From the NCBI GenBank assembly GCA_013239625.1, contig MU054400.1, forward strand, positions 4,217,802 to 4,281,801: a stretch of 64,000 nt of DNA. Reading direction: 5' to 3'. Below, piece by piece: positions 14,169 to 27,311 of this stretch (position 1 is its first letter; each line of letters begins with the position of its first letter). A model generated the notes under the pieces. That model ran no database searches. It had not been told where the DNA came from and worked only from the letters and a program-made list of their open reading frames with translations. Both the position numbers and the translations under genes were made by a program. The stretch is from Lama guanicoe. Its lineage: Eukaryota.

Positions 14169-15539
14169 TTTTTTTTTAAATGATGCTGCCTTGGCTCCAC
14201 CCTAAAAGAGCTGACCCAATGTGTCTGGTGTCAAGCACAGCTCTGTAGTTGTGAAGTTTCCTAGGTGAGGCTGATGCTCCGTCAGGAGTAAGAACCTGTC
14301 ATCAGAGCTGTCCCTCACTCTGCCTTTCTAATCCACAATGTGAGCAGAATGACTATAAAATCTCTATAAAATGCATAAACTCTGTATAAAATGCTGTGGT
14401 GGTGCTGCAGCTTGTATATGCAAAATTCAAATCATCGAACCCTGCCTGGTGGTGGGCACAAGAAGTGCACCTCTGTCGACATCGCATCCGGAGACGTGCC
14501 GCATGGCTGACAGCTCAGAAGGGTTAGCGCATGTCCGAGGGTGCGGGGCTGCCTCGGATGGACCACGCTGGAGCATCCCACAAAACCAGGAACCTGTTGC
14601 CACTACTTTTGTTCTCCCCCATCATCTCAGTACAGGAACCCTTAGAAGTCTGTTGACTGCCAGCAAAGTTTAAAATATGGACCAACACCATCCTTGAAGA
14701 AAGAAGTTTGATTTAATTACTGTCCAGCGACCAGATATAACATTTCACCAAAAAAATTTTTTTAAAAGATTGACTCTATATGCTGTCTTTGAAGAGTTTT
14801 TAAACTGGTTTCCTCTTCTAACAGCAGAAAAGGTTTGATTAAGGGGCAGATCATTTAGGAGCTAAGTAGCCTTCACTACATCAGAAGCTGTTCAAAGGGA
14901 ACCAGTTGGTGAAACGATAGAAAAGCAAAAGGCTCCAAGATCTGTTAAAAAGCAGCGCCCCTGACGTACAGAATAGGTGCGAAGGGAACCCGCAGATGGG
15001 ATGACGGAAAGCCTTGCGTGCTGGACTCCTTACTGCAGACTGATCTGTCCTCTGCAGAGCTTATTCATCGCCCAGAGAAAGCTCTGAGGTTTGCAAAGGT
15101 GTCTTGAAGATAAATGCGATATTTCGCTCGGTTCTATTAAGTGAAAGAATACTTCTGGTCCTGGGATTCTCTGCTCCGGTATGAGGGCTGATTATTTGCA
15201 GACTGTCAGTTCTCCAAAAGGTCCCTTTTGAGGAAATATATCTTTGCCAGAATTTAAACAAGTGTATGCACATCAGGATGAGGTTTCTACCTTTTGTTCT
15301 CGGAAATAAGTAAAACGAAGGAGGATAAAGTGGGTCTGGTAAGACCCCACTTTCTCTTTCAGCGGTTTAATCACACGGGAGGTCTCGCATTTCATCAGGG
15401 TGTGAAATGCCTTATATTTCTCCTGGTTTCTTTTTTCTTCTCGCACAATGAATGCAAGTCCAAGAACGTGAATAAGGCCTTTCCCCACCACACACATGCC
15501 CTCCTCCCTCCCACCCCCTGCCAGCTACCCCTGCTCTGA

Positions 15540-15800
15540 CCTCCCGGCCTCCTGAGGACACGGCGCCCCTCCTTCCCGAGTCACGGTCCCTGCAGCCCCA
15601 CCGCCCCCACCGCGCTTCCCGGGCGCAGCCTCGGGAAGGCGACCACCGGGAAGACCCTCCCTCTCACTGCCAGCGCCTCCACCTCCGCCATCACCGTCAC
15701 CGCCACCACCGCCACCTCCGCCACCTCCGCCACCTCCGCCGCCACCACCTCCTCCCAGCCGCCCCGCGGGGGTCGAGGCGGACCCAGCTCCCCAGGCGAC
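15540..15800. promoter_or_regulatory. Orphan CpG-rich patch with a degenerate (CCG/CCA/CCT)n tract
   Basis: Dense CpGs and very high GC with no coding gene nearby. CCGCCACCT-type repeats lie at about 15675-15755. Confidence 0.6.
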
Positions 15801-16999
15801 TACAAGGTGTAGCCCAGAGACCCCGATTTCTATGCACCCTGGAAAGGGTGATTAATTTAAAGTGAGTGGAGTCTGTTTCTTTAAGACAAGCTCATAAATC
15901 GTGAAAGATCACCACTTCTTTTCAAAAGCCTCTCCACGGTCTGAGTTTCCCTTCTGGGTCAGTAAAGTCATTGAAGCTTTAACGGCATGCCATGGCAGAT
16001 TACACGATACAGCTGTCCCAGCACCGTGAAAATTAAGTTATGCCCCGTGTCAGCAAGGGGGGTTTCCCTTTCTTTTCTCTCCCCTCCCCCACCCCTTTCT
16101 CTTTTTCTCTCTACCCCTTCCCACCCCTCTCCCGCACCCTCTCGCTCCCTCTCCCTCTCCTCCCTCCTCCCTCCTCTTTCCTCCTGGCTCTTTCACGCTC
16201 CTCCTGGGAAGTGCACATCGCGGGGGACGCTGGCCCACGGGGCTGCGCCTTGAGCCCCCGCTATTGAGACACCGTAAATGGAGACGATGAGCCTTTCAGC
16301 GAAGAGCCATCAAAATTGTGCCTTTTGTTCTCCACCCCACCCTCGCACTTTTTGCTTCCTTCTCCCCCTTTTTCCTCTTCCTCCTCCTCTTCTCCCTCCT
16401 GCCTGCTATCTGAGTTGAACCCCCCCAGTTGGTTGCAGCAGCCCAGCGGGCAAGCAGCAGACCCCCTTCCCTTCCACCTCGTGGTCCTAACTCGCCCCCG
16501 TCCTCCGGACAACCCGTCTGCTTGGAGGTGACCCTCCCAGGTCAAGAGCGGCAGTCAAGCCTTAGTTTCCTTCCAGAGTTAAATGCTGCCCCGGGCTGTG
16601 GCTGCTGCTCTTTTCTCTTTGGAGGAGAGAAGATAGAAAGAGAGTTTAAGCAAACTGTGGGCAGCAAGTCTCCATCCCGCATACACGTGTGAACATGGCG
16701 CCTGCGCACATGACTTCTACATAGTTCTCATGGCACCTCAACGAAGTGCATATTCACCTGCAGAGGGACAAAATGAAGCCTTAACTTCACTTGAATATAG
16801 GCCTCTTTACTTTAAAAAGGTTTAAAGGCAATCTAAATAAAGAAATCCACATTTTTCTATTTGCCTATACTCGGCGCCTTCCCAGGAGATGGGAGAAATG
16901 TTTACAATGAAAGAAATTAAACCCTTCTATCATATTTCTCCAGTGAGGTGACAGGGAGAAGTGAGCTGTTGGTCTGGGGAAGATCTGGAGAGCACTTTC

Positions 17000-17722
17000 C
17001 TTCTTCTTCTTTTTTTTTTTTAATTGAAGTATAGTCAGTTTACAGTGTTAGTCTCTGATGTACAACATAGTGATTCAGTTATACATCTATCTATCTATCT
17101 ATCTATAATCATTTTCATATTCTTTTCCATTATAGGTAACTACAAGATATTGAATATAGTTCCCTGTGCTGTACAGTAGGACCTTGTTGTTTCTCTATTC
17201 TGTATACAGTAGTTAGTATCTGCAAATCCCAAACTCCCAGTATATCTCTCCCTCCCTTTTCTCCCCTAGTTAACCGAAAGTTTGTTTTCCATGTCGCTGA
17301 GTCTGTTTCTGTTTTGTAAATATGTTCATTTGTGGCCTTGTTTGAGATTTCACATATAAGTGATATCATATGGTATTTTTCTTTCTCGTTTTGGCTTAAC
17401 TTCACTTAGCATGATGCTCTCCAGGTCCATTTATGTTGTTGCAAATGGCATTGTTTCATCCATTTTTATGCCTGAGTAGTATTCCCTTATAAATATATCA
17501 CATCTTCTTTATCCAAGCATCTGCTGATGGACATTTAGGTTGTTTCCATGTCCTGGCTATTGTAAATAGTGCTGCTATGAACATTGGGGTCCATGTATCT
17601 TTTTGAATTGGCATTCTCTCCAGATAAATGCCTGGGAGTGGGATTGCTGGATCATAGGACAAGTCTGTTTTTAGTTTTTAAAGGAGCCTCAATATATTGT
17701 TTTCCATAGTGGCTGCACCGAA
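17000..17722 (-). mobile_element. Cetartiodactyl L1 (end of ORF2 plus 3' UTR) with TSD
   Basis: Has a poly(T) head, L1 3' UTR and an ORF2-terminal peptide (SQNEKEKYHMISLICEI). The TSD TGGAGAGCACT(T/C)TC is at 16986-16999 and 17723-17736. Confidence 0.88.
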
Positions 17723-18537
17723 TGGAGAGCACTCTCTGTGGGTTTAGGGGCCCCTTTGCCCACACACTACCCCGCACCCTGGCTGCTCTCCTCACCGCCT
17801 GGGTTGTACCTGAGGAAATTCTCTCCCACTAAAGATCCATGAGTTAAAAAAGCCACCTCGTGAAGCTGAGGGCAGTTATCGACACGGAAGCTGTGATCAC
17901 TGTACGATGAAAAACAAAAAGGTTTCATAGAGACTCAGCTGTGATGGTAACCTTTAAAGTCATCACACTTTGTATTATTATTGTTTAATTAAGGTGCTTT
18001 TGAGGGAACATCTAAAACTGAAGCAAAGTTTTGATTTTCTTAGTCTATAAACTAAAAGTCAAAGTATCCTATAACAATAATTAGGTGCCTAAATGAAGGT
18101 GATATTGCAAGGTGACACCTTATTTCTTGGGGAGCAATGGGGTACCTTACCTTGGAGAGCTCCCTGAAGCTCAGTCCTGTGGGTGGAGACGTGGTCACCC
18201 ATGCGTGTGGACATGGTCACCCTGCTCTTTATCTAAGTCCCAAGGAGGCAGGGGGCTGCACTCAGATTACTCTGCACAAACCTTCATCTTCCTTCTCCTT
18301 TCCCCAAAGAGCTCTCCTCTAAGGCCCTCAAGCAGCTCCTAAGCAGCTCTGAAGACTCTTTGAGGAGGGAATCAGAGAGTGATGGGAGTCACCCAGACGG
18401 AGGTACGGGGCTTCTCAGGGGGCCACCACGCTGGTGCTGTCGTCTAAATGAATGTGTTCTCGCCAGATTATGTTAACGCCTGCTGTTTGCATAGTATTAT
18501 CTCAAATACGATGCTACCTTAAAAAATTCCAACTCGC

Positions 18538-18945
18538 GTGCCTTAGCGTGGGTTCCCCCAAGAGAAGACCCTGAGACAAGGACATGGGTGCAAGCAGATA
18601 ATCTGGGGTGTGACCCAGGAAGGAAGGCAAGAGTGAGACAGAAAGGAAGAAGGACCAATCTAAGGAGGAACTGCCAAGGTCAGTGCTGTGGGCTACGTAT
18701 TCAGTTCCACTTAGGCTTGCTGAGAAGTGCCCTGAGTGCTTGTGCTTGAAGAAGGAGACATTGATCCGCCGCTGCATCTTTCCCACTGGCCAAGGGTGTC
18801 TCAGGCGTGTTAATCCTCCTGCTCTTCTGAGCCGGGCATTCACCAAGTAAGGGACTCACGGACTAGGGGGAGCCCAGGGCAACAGTGAAGATGTGCCGAG
18901 TGAACTTGAGAACAGGCATCAAGCATCGCACACCTGCTGAGAACC
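18538..18945 (-). mobile_element. LTR16-like ERVL solo LTR
   Basis: GGGTTCCCCCAAGAGAAGACCCTGAGACAAGGA...GCAAGCAG resembles the recalled LTR16 terminus. Confidence 0.6.
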
Positions 18946-19244
18946 TCCCTCCTTGTAAACACATCATTTCCGCAGGGCTCCCCAGGGAAGGCGCTGTCTA
19001 CACTTGAGAAATGAAGCTCAGTAACGGGGGAGCGTTTTGCCCATGGTGCCCGCCTAGGAAGCGATGCATCGGGGTTTTCACTCTGGAAAGGTTCTTTCCA
19101 CTGTACCTGCGTGGCGTAACCCAAGCCTCCAGTCCCCAATTTGTTTCTAACTCTCTTCATTCTTTCACTTTTATTTCTACCCCCATTTCTAGTTACCACT
19201 TGAGGACTGGGAAGCAAGCGTCCCCTTTGGAATGATTCTAAAAG

Positions 19245-19690
19245 GTTGTCCTCTATTAATTGGGGTCCCCCCAGGAGTAAGACTTGAGACACAGCTTAAG
19301 AGTATGTAGTTTTCGTTATTTTAAGATGCAAGAAGGTGCAACAGAGGCAGGGAGGTGACACAGGGAAGGGAAGTCACCCATGGAGGGATGCGTTATTAAG
19401 CCAGCTAATACCAAAGACAACTGACCTCACGCGAAGGCTCTAGAATGGTTTAAAAAACACACCACAGAACGATTGCAGTCAAAGGGCAAAGGGGCAGTGA
19501 TCCTTAATGCCCCACATTCCTGTGTCATGGTTAAGGGGCACCAGGGTCAGAGCTGCAGGTGAAGCGTGTTCCAGCAGCTCCCCAGCAAAGACACTACTGC
19601 TGCCCTGGCAGCCAGGCGGAAGTGTGTCAGTACAGAAGGGGGCCAAGGGGACACTGGTCAAGTCAGCTGCAATCTCCTATGCACCTGGAC
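19245..19690 (-). mobile_element. Second LTR16-like ERVL LTR
   Basis: Contains GGGGTCCCCCCAGGAGTAAGACTTGAGACA...GACACAGGGAAGGG...GTTATTAAGCCAGC. Confidence 0.55.
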
Positions 19691-22297
19691 CTTCCAAGAG
19701 ATGGAAGTGACTTTTGGGGACTGAAACTCATTGGGATAAAATTCCTCAAGGCTCTTCCCATAATGAAACCCTAAGCTGTCAAGTGGTGGGTGCTGGTCTT
19801 CCACATTCCTCTTTGCTTTCCCACTGATTTGCTTAATTCTTCCCTTTCCTCCATGCTGTTACTCTTAGGCAAAAAAAAGGACAAGATTTTGTATTTCAAA
19901 GATGTAATATTTTTATATATTACCTGTTACATGCAAGCCCCAACTGCCTGTTAATCCTAAAACACTAAATTAAAAAAAATCTACCATATATTTCTTTAAG
20001 CTTGAGATGACATTGGAAGAGATTCAGCTGGAAATGCCACAATGACAAATAACCTTTACCACCTTAGGGCTCCCTCTCACAGGTCGTGCTTTGATTGCGT
20101 CTCAGGAATCACAGGGCAGGCTCCGGGGAGGCACCTGCGAGTGTCACCGAGATTCTGAATGAATGCCACGCCGTCCGCCCCCTGCAGCTCCCAGACTCCT
20201 CATGCCCACGGGTTTTGTTCCCAAGACTGGATTATCCATCTTTGCTTGTGTAGCACATAACCTCACAAATTACCTTCTGCCGTGAGTTGAATCGGGGAAC
20301 ACCAACTGCCCACCTTTGTTCTCTGGCAAGTGCCAGCCGAAGAGAAGGGAAGTGACTTTGCAGGGTTTCAGCGACACTTACGAACAGTGTAACGATTCTT
20401 CAAGGTGCCGTTCACGAGAGAATAAAATCAAAGGCAGAGTCTCTCCCGAGCCATGTTTCTGCCTTGATGAAAATGAACGCGAGATGAGTTTGCACAACGC
20501 TTTTTAAATTCAGAGCTTCACTGGCTATAGTTGAAGAAAGCTGCCGTATCCATCCATGTATTCTCCCATAAATGTTTCAGGCTCATTACAAAAATACCTC
20601 TCTGGTGTAATCTCGGTCATTTTCTTACTTGTGTTACCCCTTTACTGAAAGGCTTAGCATCAAGCTTGTTTTCAGTAAGTCCTGTTTTCATTGGTATTTG
20701 CTGATCTCTGTCAAGAAAGGCAGCATTTTGTCACTAACGTGGGTCAATAGTCACAGCCAGGCTGGTTTATAAAGGACGTTCTTTCTCTGATTTTGTTCAA
20801 ATGCAAGGGCTGATACAATTTGATTAAAGTAGCTGTGAAATATGCTGGGTATGTGGGAGGCAGAAAGATGGGAAAGGTTTGAGAAGTCCTAATCCTGGAG
20901 CTCTCAAGGCTGCAAGAGTTGGGGACCCCATCTGGTGTAAATGGATTAAAAATCCTTTCTCGTTTCAAAGGTTTGATCTCAAGGAGGGCTTGATTTGATG
21001 AAATCAAAGTGGCAGCTTGGATTTGAAAACTATTTAGAGTAGAACTTCCTGACGTGTACATGTGAGGGAAGAATTGGCTGAGGTGTAAATGTGGGGTGAC
21101 CATGTATTTATATGTGTTTCACTGGAGGTCTGTTTGCAGAGAGAATGATGGCCAAAAAAAGAGTTGAGAATGAGGATAAGTATCAGGTTACTCGTGGAAC
21201 AGAAGGATGTTTTTATAATTCTTATCTCGGAAAGTGAAAAAGTGTATATGTTTCGAAAGAACGGAGTCTCTCCTTCTGCAAAAGCCATTTCTTCCCGCAG
21301 CCCTGGCTTCCACAGGGCAGTGGGAGGGCCTCACTGACTCCATACTCATACTCTGGCCTTTGATAGAAAAATCTGGAAGCTGTCGTCACGGCTGCTGCCT
21401 GGCTCTCCCGATCTGAGTGTCCCGGGCAGCCTTCTCCGTATCCAACCCCTGATGGATATACACCTCCACACCTTTGTACTTCAAGTCACCTTCCCCTGAA
21501 TTGTGTGCTGGCATTAGTGACAAATACCTCCAACGGGCACAGGAGAGAAAACAAGAACAAAACCAAAATGGTCCAGTGACAGTTGGTAGATGGCACATGG
21601 GACATGAGAAATGGCCCCCACATGTGGTCTTTAAGGCCTAAATTCTTAAGGATTGCAAACAATGTTCCCTTTAGAAAGGGAATTCACCTTCTTCCAAACT
21701 GAGTTGGGGCAATTGTTAGTCTCACTCACAATGTGCAGCTCTGCATAGTCTCCCATCCCCCACCACGCCACACACAGCATTAACACAAACTCTGGCAACG
21801 TCTACCTTTGCCAATAGGCGAAGTCTACTTGGCACTTGTGATGGAAAAGGTGTTGGGAAAAAATCTGGTTTGATATTCTGCATAAATTCTGGGGTGATGC
21901 CAGAGGCAAGCAAGATGGCAGTGTGAATATATATATATATATACACACATGTTTATTTATTTATATATATGCATGAGAAATCCCCAAGATGGACATGAAG
22001 TACCTCTGGACACTTTATTAACTGTCTCAGGCTTTAAGTTCACACTCAGGCCTATATCCACCTTGAACATAAAGAGGTTATTGAAAGCATTCATCTGCCA
22101 CAAAAAAAAAAAAAATAAGCATTTAAACTCTGCAACGTGCTTTCGCCCTTGCTGCATTTATAAGCCATTCAGTTCTCCACTCTCCCTTCCACACTTGCCT
22201 TCCCCACAGTTATTTTGTCACCAGCATATGGGGCTCTCACTATTGTATAGTAGGTAAATTTTGAATTTCCTGCACAAAGTAAGTGTACATAAAGGTA

Positions 22298-22761
22298 TGC
22301 AATCTGTTTTCTATTACTGCTGTAACAAACGTCATAAATACGATGGCTTCAAGCAACACAAACTTATTACCTGGACGTCAGAAATCTGAAATGAATCTCA
22401 CAGAGCTAAAAAATGAGATTCCATCGGAGGGAGGGGGGTCTGAAGAAGACTCTATTTTCTTCCCTTTTCCAGCTTCTAGAGACTGCAGGCTTCCCTTGGC
22501 TCACGGCACCCTTCTATCTTCAAAGCCAGCGAGTGGATCATTTCAACCTCCGGCTCAGACTCTCCCTCTCCTGACTCCTCTCTCACTTATAAGGACCACT
22601 GTGATCTCACTGGCCCCTCCTGGGTGGTCCAGGATAATCTCCTCTTCTCAAAAATCTTGAATCACATCTACAGAGTCTCATTTGCCGTGTAAGGTAAATA
22701 GTCACAGGTTCTGAGGATTAGGGTAAGATCATCTTTGGGCATCTTTTATGCACCTATGACA
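22298..22761 (-). mobile_element. MLT1C-like MaLR LTR
   Basis: Contains TATTACTGCTGTAACAAA...CCCTTTTCCAGCTTCTAGAG...GTCACAGGTTCTGAGGATTAGG. Confidence 0.8.
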
Positions 22762-23214
22762 GGTAGGTACATAAAGTAAAACACATACCCTGATAAAGCA
22801 CTGCTCTGTTAGACAGATTTTAGTATGCCAAGTTTATTCTCTCCCCTTTTACCTGACTTTAATTAGTTCTGCCATCTAACTTCTTTTCAACTGAAGAAAA
22901 GTAGGGATATATGAACTTTCAAGACTGCTTAATGAGTCCCCAAATGGCTACAAAGTAATGTTATGGCTTTCAACGGTTTAGCAGTAGATACCTATCCACT
23001 TCAGTTCACTGTGATAAGTGGACTGAAGGTGACATCCCCTGCAGTCATTTCCGATTTTGATTTTTTAACAACAAAGCAAGCAATCCAACACTACTGGACA
23101 CCTCTGTTGGTGGAAATGCTCAGAAAAGGAGAATGGCGGTGCCAGGCAACTGGTTATTACCAATATTTGTCTCTGGCTCATTTAATCTCATTTCAGATGT
23201 GAAAGATCAGCTTT

Positions 23215-24020
23215 CAGAAGTTCGGTGGATGGTGGGATTTAAGAATGGTGGTAAGGATCTCTGTAAATCCATTCCTCCATAAAAGGAACAAAAACACTGA
23301 CAAACATTGTCAAAATCTTCTTTTTCATAACTCTGGAAATTAACCAAAGGCCTGCAATAATCTAAAGAGGATGTGCTGTAAGCGGAACTGTCCGGATCAC
23401 TGCTAGGAATGTTGAGTGGTACAGCTACTTTGGAAACCAATTTGGCAGTTCCTTAAAAAGTTAAGCATAGAGTTACCACTTGACCCAACACTTCCACTCC
23501 ACTCATCACCCAAGAGAAGTGAAAATACATATTCACACAAAAACTAGGACGCAAACGTTCATTGTAGCCAAAAAGCAGAAACAACCCAAATGTCTATCAA
23601 CTGATGAAGGGGCAAACAAGACGGGGTGAATGTATATAGTGAAATATTATTTGGCAATAAGAAAGAATGAAGTACTGGTATAGGGTATACGGATGAACCT
23701 TGAAAACAGTATGCTTAGTGAAAAACACCAACCATGAAAGATCACATGTTATATGATTCCATTTATATGAAATATCCATAATAAGTAAATCTATGAAAAC
23801 AGAAAGTAGATTAGTGATTCTTTAGGACTAGAGAGGAAAGGAGTATTGGCAAAACGAAGAATGACTGCTCATGGGCACTGGGTTCCTTTCTGGGGTGATG
23901 GAAATGTTCTAAAATAAGAAAGTGATGCTGGTTGTACAATTCTGTGAATATAATAAAAGCCACAGAATTGTGCACTGTAGGTAGGTGAATGCATGGTATA
24001 AAGATGTCTTAATAAAATTG
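23215..24020 (+). mobile_element. Old L1 (L1MB-like): short 5'-end-like segment joined to the ORF2 end and 3' UTR
   Basis: 23370-24020 carries L1 ORF2-end and 3' UTR motifs (CTTTGGAAACCAATTTGGCAGTTCC, ACAACCCAAATGTCTATCAACTG). 23215-23370 resembles a recalled L1M 5' end. Confidence 0.7.
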
Positions 24021-24129
24021 TTTATACATGTATGTTTCATATATATTTATGAAATAATGTATTTATTGGAAAAATACATATTGGGAAAATACCAGGCATA
24101 AGGAACTCTTCAGCTTGAGTTTTAGCTCA

Positions 24130-24510
24130 AACTTCAATCTAACTGGAAATCTTAGGGCAATCACTTTCCCTCTCTTGGACTCAGTTTTCTCATCTGCAAA
24201 ATGGGCTAATAGGAATGTCCATTCTGCTGGCCACACAGTTGCTGTGAGGATCATATGAGGTAATGATGGTGGAAGCAATGGTCAGATGAGTAGAGTTGGG
24301 TACCGCATAACGTATCTAGGTGTAGCTTAGTTCGTAGAGGGTCAAGGTTAAGAACATGGACCTAGGGCCAAGTGGCCTATGTTCAGTGACTTGCTGTGAT
24401 AGGGGGCAAGCAATTTTATCTTTCTGTGTTCTCCTATAAAACAGGGTCATAGTAGGGCTGCTTTCATGTGTGTCACAAGAATGAAATGAGTTAATGAAAC
24501 ACATACAAAA
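24130..24510 (+). mobile_element. Two MIR SINE fragments
   Basis: Contains the MIR core CTCAGTTTTCTCATCTGCAAAATGGG and a second degenerate copy. Confidence 0.65.
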
Positions 24511-25989
24511 CTTAGAAAAAGTGAAGTTCAATGGAATACGGGATGGATGTGGATACTGAGAATGCACTGCTTAAAACTGAATGCAAAAAAATAAAAAAAG
24601 GAGTCGGGAGGGAGGAAAGAAGATTTTGGAGGAACTGAGATAGAAAGCTATTGCATCAACTTGACATCCTTTGAGATTTTGAAACAAGTTGGATAATTGT
24701 GATGGTGAAGAGCAGCTTCAGTAAATTAATATCCTCCATTAATCAGCTATAGACTTTTCTAGTAAAGAGAGGACAAGGAAAGTATTTCTTCGCCCACATC
24801 CTGGATTATTCCATGCTGCCTTATTGTTATGAACGATGGGGAGAAATAAGAAAAAACTACTCAAATGGTTTTGTTCTCATATGACTTTGCAAACGTGGCT
24901 CCTATGAAAAATCGCAAGCTTACAAAGAAAACATTCACTCATTTGAAACTGCTCTTGGAGCACGTAGGTCAGCTCCTGAGGAGTGAGAGGGCCCTAAGGC
25001 AGATGTCCAAAATGAAGGCTCTCGACGCTCCTCCTAGAAGAATAAACCAACTGAGATCAATTTAATGTTTCCAATGTTGTTTGGAATCTAAGAGAATGAA
25101 TGAGGACTTTTTTTCCATTGTTCCTGGGACATTTCCATTTTCATATTGAATAGGTCCTTTGAGAATTCCATCTGTTTGCTCAGATTTCAAAGTCTGAACG
25201 TAAGTGTTCAGCAAGTGGGTCTCCAACAGAATGGCCTCTGCTGAGGGAGACCGTCTGGTCTCAGCCTCTACTTTGGAAAAGCTGGAGATCCACTAGGAGA
25301 GACGTGATCCACGGTATGAGGTAGAATGACGCCAAAACCAACCAGAGGGCTCCAGACAAAGTCGTGGAGAATTAGAAAGGAGAGGAAACTAGAAGGAGGA
25401 ACTAGATAGAGGGCAAAGGAGATGGCAGTGACTGGGCCTTTCAGGCATTCCCAAAAAGTCTGGGGTGCATTGGGGTGTGTGCAGAACCCAGAAGCCGGGG
25501 GTCATTCTGGTTGCCTGGAATGCAGGGAATCTATGAAGCAAGGATGAGCGGGAAGATTGAAAGATAACACAGTCTTTACTCATCTCCCAAGCTCAAGCCA
25601 CAGTCTAAGAAGTTTAGAAATAGTTTATTCAGTTTATGGGATGATTGTTTTACAAGTTTTAATCAGAAGAACATTATGACTGGAGCTATGCTTGGAAAAA
25701 GTTGTTTCCCTTAAGGAACTTTCATTTGGGAAATTCGTTCTTAAATGAAGTGCCAGCCACATTGTTGCTTCCAAGAAATGCTTAAGTTTTATCTTTCTAG
25801 AGAATGGAAACATCTAGTTGTTTTCCTGTTCTATTTGGCTCCCAGGACACAAATCTGCCATTGTCTTTTTTACTAGGCTAAACACATGGCCAGTATTTCT
25901 GCAGTGAATTTCTCCTGGATCCTGCTCGTCCATGCTGAGGTCTATTTTCCATGATTCTAACTTTTATCCTTTACATTTTCTGTTCTAGG

Positions 25990-26840
25990 ACACATATTCA
26001 TGAACACTGCCTCAAATCCTCTGGCTAAAATGAGGTAGAGACAGCTCATTTTACATCTCCATGTACACATGCATTGGAATCTAGCCTGCGCGCGGACTGG
26101 ATAAACAGGAGTTGGAGTCCAGTACACCAGTGAGGTGAAAGCCACAATGTAATGAGGTCTGAGCTGGAATCATGACAACATGAATGCATGGGGGAGCGTG
26201 TGAGTCGTCAGAAGAGTCAGTATCAGTGAGAGTCCTCCTTCCTTAGACGTGTAACATGGGGCAGATCAAAAAGGCAAAGATGGTTGACGTCATCTAGATT
26301 GCTTTGAGAGTGGTGGCAGCCTTAACACACACACACACGAAAAAAAAATAGGAGGAAGAAGTTACTTTTCATGTTGGGGTGATAAGGAAGGTTCTAGAAA
26401 TGTTGACTCAGTTGGACACTTCCAGCGGGCAGATGGGAATGGACAAGGGGAGTCAGAAGGGAGTCTTATGGCATTGCTTAGGAAATCACTTGCATAGAGG
26501 TGGGAGTTGAGGTAGGGCAAGGTGGTGACATTTCCAAAGAGAACATCTATGGAGTGAGAAGAAAAGGGCTCACAGTAGGGTCTTGGTCAATGTTTACACT
26601 ATAGGATGAGAGGCTTGAGAAGAATCAGGCTAGCAGACCCTTAAGAGAACCTAAATGACCCTGTGCCAGGAAAGCCCAGAGTGAAGGAAGTAACAAGGAA
26701 GAATCTGTAGTCAACAAGAAAAAAAGCTTGGATTTACTCATGAAGACATCACTGATAACTTTTAAGAAAATGATGTCAGCAGAGTGGTGAGGCAGAAGCC
26801 AGTTTCAAGGACTTAAGAAGTGGGTGGATATTGAGAAGGT
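25990..26840. mobile_element. Degenerate L2 fragments
   Basis: Purine-rich L2-like motifs such as GAAGACATCACTGATAACTTTAAGAAA...CAGAGTGGTGAGGCAGAAGCCAG. Confidence 0.45.
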
Positions 26841-27311
26841 CGAGGGCATAGGTGCAGACCAGTAACTCTCCGACGCCACCAGCAGGCCTGGGAACTTTGA
26901 AAGACTCCAGCCTCTTGGGCCCAACCTCTCCCAGGTCTGGATGTCATAGCACAGGTTAGGGGACGGAACCATGTGCCGAGTCCTGCACAGAGCTGATTGT
27001 GGTTTAAGGTCAGCTTGCCTGTTTGGTTGCGTGTGTGCTATGGGGGAGGGTATACTCTGTGACACCTAAGGGTCAGATGAGTTTATTTGGGAAAGAACCT
27101 GGAAGAGATAATTCCCAAATTGGTTTTCAAACGGTAGAAAACAGGGATCGGTGGAGAGGGGGAACTGATGGTAGGAAATGGAGCCGAATAGGAACAAGCA
27201 ACATGTGTGCAACTGACAAGTGGGAGGCGTGGCAGGTGCCTGGGAGCAGTGGAATGAGAGAGGGTGGAGGGGCAGAGAGAGACAGAAGAGTTTGCAGTAG
27301 GTACTTTAGAG

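Noticed and set aside
17130..17405. 91-aa ORF with an L1-like peptide
   Set aside because: It is a remnant of the L1 ORF2 end and 3' UTR, not a host gene.
18538..19690. Two LTR16-like LTRs as a provirus
   Set aside because: Only about 300 bp separates them, there is no gag/pol remnant, and the copies are too divergent. They are more likely independent solo LTRs.
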